DNA from: Eledone cirrhosa
Taxonomy: Eukaryota
Assembly (NCBI GenBank): GCA_964016885.1
Contig: OZ024741.1
Coordinates: forward strand, 868,001-932,000
Length of the DNA: 64,000 nt
Reading direction: 5' to 3'
The position numbers were made by a program, and so were the translations under genes. Shown piece after piece: positions 51,381 through 61,926 of the stretch (positions are counted from its first letter, which is position 1; each line of letters begins with the position of its first letter). Under the pieces are notes generated by a model, which saw only the letters and a program-made list of their open reading frames with translations, did not search any database and was not told the origin of the DNA.

Positions 51381-54300
51381 TGTTGGTGCTATTGTTGGTG
51401 TTGGTGTAATTGTTGTTGTTGGTGTTATTGTTGTTGTTGATGTTATTGTTGTTGTTGGTGTTATTGTTGTTGTTGGTGTTATTATTGTTATTGGTGTTAT
51501 TGTTGGTGTTGTTGTTGTTGTTGTTGTTGTTGGTGTTATTGTTGTTGTTGGTGTTATTGTTTGTTGGTGTTATTGTTGTTGTTGGTGTTATTGTTGTTGT
51601 TGGTGTTATTGTTGTTGTTGGTGCTATTGTGGTTGTTGGTGTTATTGTTGTTATTGGTGTTATTGTTGTTGTTGGTGTTATTGTTGTTGTTGCTGTTATT
51701 GTTGTTGTTGGTGTTATTGTTGTTGTTGGTGTTATTGTTGTTGTTGGTTTTATTGTTGTTGTTGGTGTTATTGTTGGTGTTGGTGTTATTGTTGTTTTTG
51801 GTGTTGGTGTTATTGTGGTTGTTGGTGTTATTGTTGGTGTTGGTGTTATTGTTGTTGTTGGTGTTATTGTTGTTGTTGGTGTTTTTGTTGTTGTTGGTGT
51901 TGCTGTTATTGTTGTTGTTGGTGTCATTGTTGTTGTTGGTGTTATTGTTGGTGTTGGTGTTATTGTTGTTGTTGGTGTTATTGTTGGTGTTGGTGTTATT
52001 GTTGGTATTGGTGTTATTGTTGTTGTTGGTGTTATTGTTGTTGTTGGTGTTGCTGTTATTGTGGTTGTTGGTGTTATTGTTGGTGTTGGTGTTATTGTTG
52101 TTGTTGGTGTTGGTGTTATTGTTGTTGTTGGTGTTATTGTTGGTGTTGGTGTTATTGTTGTTGTTGGTGTTGCTGTTATTGTGGTTGTTGGTGTTATTGT
52201 TGGTGTTGGTGTTATTGTTGTTGTTGCTGTTGCTGTTATTGTGGTTGTTGGTGTTATTGTTGGTGTTGGTGTTATTGTTGTTGTTGGTGTTGCTGTTATT
52301 GTGGTTGTTGGTGTTATTGTTGTTGTTGGTGTTATTGTTGGTGTTGATGTTATTGTTGTTGTTGGTGTTATTGTTGGTGTTGGTGTTATTGTTGGTGTTG
52401 GTGTTATTGTTGTTGTTGGTGTTATTGTTGTTGTTGGTGTTGTTGTTGTTGTTGGTGTTATTGTTGGTGTTGGTGTTATTGTTGTTGTTGGTGTTAATGT
52501 TGTTGTTGGTGTTATTGTTGTTGTTGGTGTTATTGTTGGTGTTGGTGTTATTGTTGTTGTTGGTGTTATTGTTGTTGTTGGTGTTATTGTTGTTGTTGGT
52601 GGTATTGTTGTTGATGGTGTTATTGTTGGTGTTGGTGTTATTGTTGTTGTTGGTGTTATTGTTGGTGTTGATGTTATTGTTGTTGTTGGTGTTATTGTTG
52701 GTGTTGATGTTATTGTTGGTGTTGATGTTATTGTTGTTGTTGGTGTTATTGTTGTTGTTGGTGTTATTGTTGTTGTTGGTGTTATTGTTGGTGTTGGTGT
52801 TATTGGTGTTGTTGGTGTTATTGTTGGTGTTGATGTTATTGTTGTTGTTGGCGTTATTGTTGGTATTGGTGTTATTGTTGTTGTGAGTGTTATTGTTGTT
52901 GTTGGTGTTATTGTTGTTGTTGGTGTTATTGTGGTTGTTGGTGTTATTGTTGTTGTTGGTGTTATTGTTGGTGTTGAAGTTATTGTTGTTGTTGGTGTTA
53001 TTGTTGTTGTTGGTGTTATTGTTGGTGTTGATGTTATTGATGTTGTTGGTTTTATTGTTGGTGGTGATGTTATTGTTGTTGTTGGTGTTATTGTGGTTGT
53101 TGGTGTTATTGTTGTTGTTGGTGTTATTGTTGTTGTTGGTGTTATTGTTGTTGTTGGTGTTATTGTTGGTGTTGATGTTATTGTTGTTGTTGGTGTCATT
53201 GTTGTTGTTGGTGTTATTGTTGGTGTTGGTGTTATTGTTGTTGTTGGTGTTATTGTTGGTGTTGGTGTTATTGTTGGTGTTGGTGTTATTGTTGTTGTTG
53301 GTGTTATTGTTGTTGTTGGTGTTGCTGTTATTGTGGTTGTTGGTGTTATTGTTGGTGTTGGTGTTATTGTTGTTTTTGCTGTTATTGTGGTTGTTGGTGT
53401 TATTGTTGGTGTTGGTGTTATTGTTGTTGTTGGTGTTGCTGTTATTGTGGTTGTTGGTGTTATTGTTGTTGTTGGTGTTATTGTTGGTGTTGATGTTATT
53501 GTTGTTGTTGGTGTTATTGTTGGTGTTGGTGTTATTGTTGGTGTTGGTGTTATTGTTGTTGTTGGTGTTATTGTTGTTGTTGGTGTTATTGTTGTTGTTG
53601 GTGTTATTGTTGGTGTTGGTGTTATTGTTGGTGTTGGTGTTATTGTTGTTGTTGGTGTTATTGTTGGTGTTGGTGTTATTGTTGTTGTTGGTGTTATTGT
53701 TAGTGTTGGTGTTATTGTGGTTGTTGGTGTTATTGTTGTTGTTTGTGTTATTATTGTTGTTGGTGTTATTGTTGGTGTTGATGTTATTGTTGTTGTTGGT
53801 GTTATTGTTGTTGTTGGTGTTATTGTTGTTGTTGGTGTTATTGTTGTTGTTGGTGTTATTGTTGGTGTTGGTGTTATTGTTGTTGTTGGTGTTAATGTTG
53901 TTGTTGGTGTTATTGTTGTTGTTGGTGTTATTGTTGGTGTTTGTGTTATTGTTGTTGTTGGTGTTATTGTTGTTGTTGGTGTTATTGTTGTTGTTGGTGG
54001 TATTGTTGTTGTTGGTGTTATTGTTGGTGTTGGTGTTATTGTTGTTGTTGGTGTTATTGTTGGTGTTGATGTTATTGTTGTTGTTGGTGTTATTGTTGGT
54101 GTTGGTGTTATTGTTGTTGTTGGTGTTATTGTTGTTGTTGGTGTTATTGTGGTTGTTGGTGTTATTGTTGGTGTTGGTGTTATTGTTGGTGTTGATGTTA
54201 TTGTTGGTGTTGATGTTATTGTAGTTGTTGGTGTTATTGTTGTTGTTGGTGTTATTGTTGTTGTTGGTGTTATTGTTGGTGTTGGTGTTATTGTTGTTGT

Positions 54301-55115
54301 TGGTGTCATTGTTGGTGTTGGTGTTATTGTTGGTGTTGATGTTATTGTTGTTGTTGGCGTTATTGTTGGTATTGGTGTTATTGTTGTTGTGGGTGTTATT
54401 GTTGTTGTTGGTGTTATTGTTGTTATTGTAGTTGTTGGTGTTATTGTTGGTGTTGGTGTTATTGTTGTTGTTGGTGTTATTGTTGTTGTTGGTGTTATTG
54501 TTGTTGTTGGTGTTATTGTTGTTGTTGTTGTTATTGTTGGTGTTGGTGTTATTGTTGTTGTCGGTGTTATTGTTGGTGTTAGTGTTATTGTTGGTGTTAG
54601 TGTTATTGTTGTTGTTGGTGTTATTGTTGTTGTTGGTGTTATTGATGGTGTTGATGTTATTGTTGTTGTTGGTGTTATTGTTGGTGTTGATGTTATTGTT
54701 GTTGTTGGTGTTATTGTTGGTGTTGGTGTTATTGTTGTTGTTGGTGTTATTGTTGTTGTTGGTGTTATTGTGGTTGTTGGTGTTATTGTTGGTGTTGATG
54801 TTATTGTTGTTGTTGGTGTTATTGTTGGTGTTGATGTTATTGTTGCTGTTGGTGTTATTGTTGGTGTTGGTGTTATTGTTGTTGTTGGTGTTATTGTTGT
54901 TGTTGGTGTTATTGTTGGTGTTCATGTTATTGATGGTGTTGATGTTATTGTTGTTGTTGGTGTTATTGTTGTTGTTGGTGTTATTGTTGTTGTTGGTGTT
55001 ATTGTTGTTGTTGGTGTTATTGTTGGTGTTGGTGTTATTGTTGTTGGTGTTATTGTTGGTGTTGGTGTTATTGTTGGTGTTGATGTTATTGTTGTTGTTG
55101 GCGTTATTGTTGGTA

Positions 55116-58100
55116 TTGGTGTTATTGTTGTTGTGGGTGTTATTGTTGTTGTTGGTGTTATTGTTGTTGTTGGTGTTATTGTTGTTGTTTATGTTATTGT
55201 GGTTGTTGGTGTTATTGTTGTTGTTGGTGTTATTGTTGGTGTTGAAGTCATTGTTGTTGTTGGTGTTATTGTTGTTGTTGGTGTTATTGTTGGTGTTGAT
55301 GTTATTGATGTTGTTGGTTTTATTGTTGGTATTGATGTTATTGTTGTTGTTGGTGTTATTGTGGTTGTTGGTGTTATTGTTGTTGTTGGTGTTATTGTTG
55401 TTGTTGGTGTTATTGTTGGTGTTGATGTTATTGTTGTTGTTGGTGTTATTGTTGTTGTTGGTGTTATTGTTGTTGTTGGTGTTATTGTTGTCGTTGGTGT
55501 TATTGTTGGTGTTGATGTTATTGTTGTTGTTGGTGTTATTGTCGTTGTTGGTGTTATTGTTTGTGATGGTGTTATTGTTGTTGGTGTTATTGCTGGTGTT
55601 GGTGTTATTGTTGGTGTTGGTGTTATTGTTGTTGTTGGTGTTATTGTTGTTGTTGTTTTTATTGTGGTTGTTGGAGTTATTGTTGTTGTTGGTGATATTG
55701 TTGGTGCTGGTGTTATTGTTGTTGTTGGTGTTATTGTTGTTGTTGGTGTTGTTGTGGTTGTTGGTGTTATTGTTGGTGTTGATGTTATTGTTGTTGTTGG
55801 TGTTATTGTCGTTGTTGGTGTTATTGTTGGTGTTGGTGTTATTGTTTTTGTTGGTGTTATTGTGGTTGTTGGTGTTATTGTTGGTGTTGGAGTTATTGTT
55901 GTTGTTGGTGTTATTGTTGTTGTTGGTGTTATTGTTGTTGTTGGTGTATTGTTGTTGTTGGTGTTATTGTTGGTGTTGGTGTTATTGTTGTTGTTGGTGT
56001 TATTGTTGTTGGTGTTATTGTTGGTGTTGGTGTTATTGTTGGTGTTGATGTTATTGTTGTTGTTGGTGTTATTGTTGGTGTTGGTGTTATTGTTTTTGTT
56101 GGTGTTATTGTGGTTGTTGGTGTTATTGTTGGTGTTGGAGTTATTGTTGTTGTTGGTGTTATTGTTGTTGTTGTTTTTATTGTGGTTGTTGGTGTTATTG
56201 TTGTTGTTGGTGACATTGTTGGTGCTGGTGTTATTGTTGTTGTTGGTGTTATTGTTGTTGTTGGTGTTATTGTGGTTGTTGGTGTTATTGTTGGTGTTGA
56301 TGTTATTGTTGTTGTTGGTGTTATTGTTGTTGTTGGTGTTATTGTTGGTGGTGATGTTATTGTTGTTGTTGGTGTTATTGTGGTTGTTGGTGTTATTGTG
56401 GTTGTTGGTGTTATTGTTGTTGTTGGTGTTATTGTTGTTGTTGGTGTTATTGTTGGTGTTGATGTTATTGTTGTTGTTGGTGTTATTGTTGTTGTTGATG
56501 TTATTGTTGTTGTTGGTGTTATTGTGGTTGTTGGTGTTATTGTTGTTGTTGGTGTTATTGTTGTTGTTGGTGTTATTGTTGTTGTTGGTGTATTGTTGTT
56601 GTTGGTGTTATTGTTGGTGTTGGTGTTATTGTTGTTGTTGGTGTTATTGTGGTTGTTGGTGTTATTGTTGTTGATGATGTTATTGTTGATGTTGGTGTTA
56701 TTGTTGTTGTTGGTGTTATTGTTGTTGTTGGTGTTATTGTTGGTGTTGGTGTTATTGTTGTTGTTGGTGTTATTATTGGTGTTGGTGTTATTGTTGGTGT
56801 TGGTGTTATTTTTGTTGTTGGTGTTATTGTTGTTGTTGGTGTTGCTGTTATTGTGGTTGTTGGTGTTATTGTTGGTGTTGGTGTTATTGTTGTTGGTGGT
56901 GTTGGTGTTATTGTTGTTGTTGGTTTTGCTGTTATTGTTGTTGTTGGTGTTATTGTTGGTGTTAGTGTTATTGTTGTTGTTGGTGTTATTGTTGTTGTTG
57001 GTGTTATTGTTGTTGTTGGTGTTATTGTTGGTGTTGATGTTATTGTTGTTGTTGGTGTTATTGTTGGTGTTGGTGTTATTGTTGTTGTTGGTGTTATTGT
57101 TGTTGTTGGTGTTATTGTTGTTGTTGGTGTTATTGTTGTTGTTGGTGTTATTGTTGTTGTTGGTGTTATTGTTGTTGTTGGTGTTATTGTTGGTGTTGAT
57201 GTTATTGTTGTTGTTGGTGTTATTGTTGGTGTTGGTGTTATTGTTGTTGTTGGTGTTATTGTTGTTGTTGGTGTTATTGTTGTTGTTGGTGTTATTGTTG
57301 GTGTTGATGTTATTGTTGTTGTTGGTGTTATTGTTGGTGTTGGTGTTATTGTTGTTGTTGGTGTTATTGTTGTTGTTGGTGTTATTGTTGTTGTTGGTGT
57401 TATTGTTGGTGTTGATGTTATTGTTGTTGTTGGTGTTATTGTTGGTGTTGGTGTTATTGTTGTTGTTGGTGTTATTGTTGTTGTTGGTGTTATTGTTGTT
57501 GTTAGTGTTATTGTTGGTGTTGGTGTTATTGTTGGTGTTGGTGTTATTGTTGTTGTTGGTGTTATTGTTGTTGTTGGTGTTATTGTTGTTGTTGGTGTTA
57601 TTGTTGTTGTTGGTGTTATTGTTGTCGTTTGTGTTATTGTTGTTGTTGATGTTATTGTTGTTGCTGATGTTATTGTTGGTGTTGGTGTTATTGTTGTTGT
57701 TGGTGTTATTGTTGGTGTTGGTGTTATTGTTGTTGTTGGTGTTATTGTTGTTGTTGATGTTATTGTTGTTGTTGGTGTTATTGTGGTTGTTGGTGTTATT
57801 GTTGTTGTTGGTGTTATTGTTGTTGTTGGTGTTATTGTTGTTGTTGGTGTATTGTTGTTGTTGGTGTTATTGTTGGTGTTGGTGTTATTGTTGTTGTTGG
57901 TGTTATTGTGGTTGTTGGTGTTATTGTTGTTGATGATGTTATTGTTGATGTTGGTGTTATTGTTGTTGTTGGTGTTATTGTTGTTGTTGGTGTTATTGTT
58001 GTCGTTTGTGTTATTGTTGTTGTTGATGTTATTGTTGTTGCTGATGTTATGGTTGGTGTTGGTGTTATTGTTGTTGTTGGTGTTATTGTTGGTGTTGGTG

Positions 58101-61100
58101 TTATTGTTGTTGTTGGTGTTATTGTTGTTGTTGATGTTATTGTTGTTGTTGGTGTTATTGTTGTTATTGGTGTTATTGTTGGTGTTGGTGTTATTGTTGG
58201 TGTTGGTGTTATTGTTGGTGTTGGTGTTATTGTTGTTGTTGGTGCTATTGTTGGTGTTGGTGTAATTGTTGTTGTTGGTGTTATTGTTGTTGTTGATGTT
58301 ATTGTTGTTGTTGGTGTTATTGTTGTTGTTGGTGTTATTGTTGTTTTTGGTGTTATTGTTGGTGTTGTTGTTGTTGTTGTTGTTGTTGGTGTTATTGTTG
58401 TTGTTGATGTTATTGTTTGTGTTGGTGTTATTGTTGTTGTTGGTGTTATTGTTGTTGTTGGTGTTATTGTTGGTGTTGATGTTATTGTTGTTGTTGGTGT
58501 TATTGTTGGTGTTGGTGTTATTGTTGTTGTGGGTGTTATTGTTGTTGTTGGTGTTATTGTTGTTGTTGGTGTTATTGTTGTTGTTTATGTTATTGTGGTT
58601 GTTGGTGTTATTGTTGTTGTTGGTGTTATTGTTGGTGTTGAAGTCATTGTTGTTGTTGGTGTTATTGTTGTTGTTGGTGTTATTGTTGGTGTTGATGTTA
58701 TTGATGTTGTTGGTTTTATTGTTGGTATTGATGTTATTGTTGTTGTTGGTGTTATTGTGGTTGTTGGTGTTATTGTTGTTGTTGGTGTTATTGTTGTTGT
58801 TGGTGTTATTGTTGGTGTTGATGTTATTGTTGTTGTTGGTGTTATTGTTGTTGTTGGTGTTATTGTTGTTGTTGGTGTTATTGTTGTCGTTGGTGTTATT
58901 GTTGGTGTTGATGTTATTGTTGTTGTTGGTGTTATTGTCGTTGTTGGTGTTATTGTTTGTGATGGTGTTATTGTTGTTGGTGTTATTGCTGGTGTTGGTG
59001 TTATTGTTGGTGTTGGTGTTATTGTTGTTGTTGGTGTTATTGTTGTTGTTGTTTTTATTGTGGTTGTTGGAGTTATTGTTGTTGTTGGTGATATTGTTGG
59101 TGCTGGTGTTATTGTTGTTGTTGGTGTTATTGTTGTTGTTGGTGTTGTTGTGGTTGTTGGTGTTATTGTTGGTGTTGATGTTATTGTTGTTGTTGGTGTT
59201 ATTGTCGTTGTTGGTGTTATTGTTGGTGTTGGTGTTATTGTTTTTGTTGGTGTTATTGTGGTTGTTGGTGTTATTGTTGGTGTTGGAGTTATTGTTGTTG
59301 TTGGTGTTATTGTTGTTGTTGGTGTTATTGTTGTTGTTGGTGTATTGTTGTTGTTGGTGTTATTGTTGGTGTTGGTGTTATTGTTGTTGTTGGTGTTATT
59401 GTTGTTGGTGTTATTGTTGGTGTTGGTGTTATTGTTGGTGTTGATGTTATTGTTGTTGTTGGTGTTATTGTTGGTGTTGGTGTTATTGTTTTTGTTGGTG
59501 TTATTGTGGTTGTTGGTGTTATTGTTGGTGTTGGAGTTATTGTTGTTGTTGGTGTTATTGTTGTTGTTGTTTTTATTGTGGTTGTTGGTGTTATTGTTGT
59601 TGTTGGTGACATTGTTGGTGCTGGTGTTATTGTTGTTGTTGGTGTTATTGTTGTTGTTGGTGTTATTGTGGTTGTTGGTGTTATTGTTGGTGTTGATGTT
59701 ATTGTTGTTGTTGGTGTTATTGTTGTTGTTGGTGTTATTGTTGGTGGTGATGTTATTGTTGTTGTTGGTGTTATTGTGGTTGTTGGTGTTATTGTGGTTG
59801 TTGGTGTTATTGTTGTTGTTGGTGTTATTGTTGTTGTTGGTGTTATTGTTGGTGTTGATGTTATTGTTGTTGTTGGTGTTATTGTTGTTGTTGATGTTAT
59901 TGTTGTTGTTGGTGTTATTGTGGTTGTTGGTGTTATTGTTGTTGTTGGTGTTATTGTTGTTGTTGGTGTTATTGTTGTTGTTGGTGTATTGTTGTTGTTG
60001 GTGTTATTGTTGGTGTTGGTGTTATTGTTGTTGTTGGTGTTATTGTGGTTGTTGGTGTTATTGTTGTTGATGATGTTATTGTTGATGTTGGTGTTATTGT
60101 TGTTGTTGGTGTTATTGTTGTTGTTGGTGTTATTGTTGGTGTTGGTGTTATTGTTGTTGTTGGTGTTATTATTGGTGTTGGTGTTATTGTTGGTGTTGGT
60201 GTTATTTTTGTTGTTGGTGTTATTGTTGTTGTTGGTGTTGCTGTTATTGTGGTTGTTGGTGTTATTGTTGGTGTTGGTGTTATTGTTGTTGGTGGTGTTG
60301 GTGTTATTGTTGTTGTTGGTTTTGCTGTTATTGTTGTTGTTGGTGTTATTGTTGGTGTTAGTGTTATTGTTGTTGTTGGTGTTATTGTTGTTGTTGGTGT
60401 TATTGTTGTTGTTGGTGTTATTGTTGGTGTTGATGTTATTGTTGTTGTTGGTGTTATTGTTGGTGTTGGTGTTATTGTTGTTGTTGGTGTTATTGTTGTT
60501 GTTGGTGTTATTGTTGTTGTTGGTGTTATTGTTGTTGTTGGTGTTATTGTTGTTGTTGGTGTTATTGTTGTTGTTGGTGTTATTGTTGGTGTTGATGTTA
60601 TTGTTGTTGTTGGTGTTATTGTTGGTGTTGGTGTTATTGTTGTTGTTGGTGTTATTGTTGTTGTTGGTGTTATTGTTGTTGTTGGTGTTATTGTTGGTGT
60701 TGATGTTATTGTTGTTGTTGGTGTTATTGTTGGTGTTGGTGTTATTGTTGTTGTTGGTGTTATTGTTGTTGTTGGTGTTATTGTTGTTGTTGGTGTTATT
60801 GTTGGTGTTGATGTTATTGTTGTTGTTGGTGTTATTGTTGGTGTTGGTGTTATTGTTGTTGTTGGTGTTATTGTTGTTGTTGGTGTTATTGTTGTTGTTA
60901 GTGTTATTGTTGGTGTTGGTGTTATTGTTGGTGTTGGTGTTATTGTTGTTGTTGGTGTTATTGTTGTTGTTGGTGTTATTGTTGTTGTTGGTGTTATTGT
61001 TGTTGTTGGTGTTATTGTTGTCGTTTGTGTTATTGTTGTTGTTGATGTTATTGTTGTTGCTGATGTTATTGTTGGTGTTGGTGTTATTGTTGTTGTTGGT

Positions 61101-61926
61101 GTTATTGTTGGTGTTGGTGTTATTGTTGTTGTTGGTGTTATTGTTGTTGTTGATGTTATTGTTGTTGTTGGTGTTATTGTGGTTGTTGGTGTTATTGTTG
61201 TTGTTGGTGTTATTGTTGTTGTTGGTGTTATTGTTGTTGTTGGTGTATTGTTGTTGTTGGTGTTATTGTTGGTGTTGGTGTTATTGTTGTTGTTGGTGTT
61301 ATTGTGGTTGTTGGTGTTATTGTTGTTGATGATGTTATTGTTGATGTTGGTGTTATTGTTGTTGTTGGTGTTATTGTTGTTGTTGGTGTTATTGTTGTCG
61401 TTTGTGTTATTGTTGTTGTTGATGTTATTGTTGTTGCTGATGTTATGGTTGGTGTTGGTGTTATTGTTGTTGTTGGTGTTATTGTTGGTGTTGGTGTTAT
61501 TGTTGTTGTTGGTGTTATTGTTGTTGTTGATGTTATTGTTGTTGTTGGTGTTATTGTTGTTATTGGTGTTATTGTTGGTGTTGGTGTTATTGTTGGTGTT
61601 GGTGTTATTGTTGGTGTTGGTGTTATTGTTGTTGTTGGTGCTATTGTTGGTGTTGGTGTAATTGTTGTTGTTGGTGTTATTGTTGTTGTTGATGTTATTG
61701 TTGTTGTTGGTGTTATTGTTGTTGTTGGTGTTATTGTTGTTTTTGGTGTTATTGTTGGTGTTGTTGTTGTTGTTGTTGTTGTTGGTGTTATTGTTGTTGT
61801 TGATGTTATTGTTTGTGTTGGTGTTATTGTTGTTGTTGGTGTTATTGTTGTTGTTGGTGTTATTGTTGGTGTTGATGTTATTGTTGTTGTTGGTGTTATT
61901 GTTGGTGTTGGTGTTATTGTTGTTGT
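55116..61926. repeat. Near-perfect tandem duplication, period 3396 bp, 2 copies
   Basis: Identical ORF translations at 55929/59325, 56110/59506 and 56649/60045. Markers GAAGTC, GGTGAC, ATGGTT and three -1 deletions (GGTGTATT) recur at +3396. Confidence 0.95.
57160..57480. repeat. 108-bp hexamer sub-array, about 3 copies (also at +3396)
   Basis: Sole GAT variants at 57198, 57306 and 57414 with the same intervening unit order. Confidence 0.8.
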
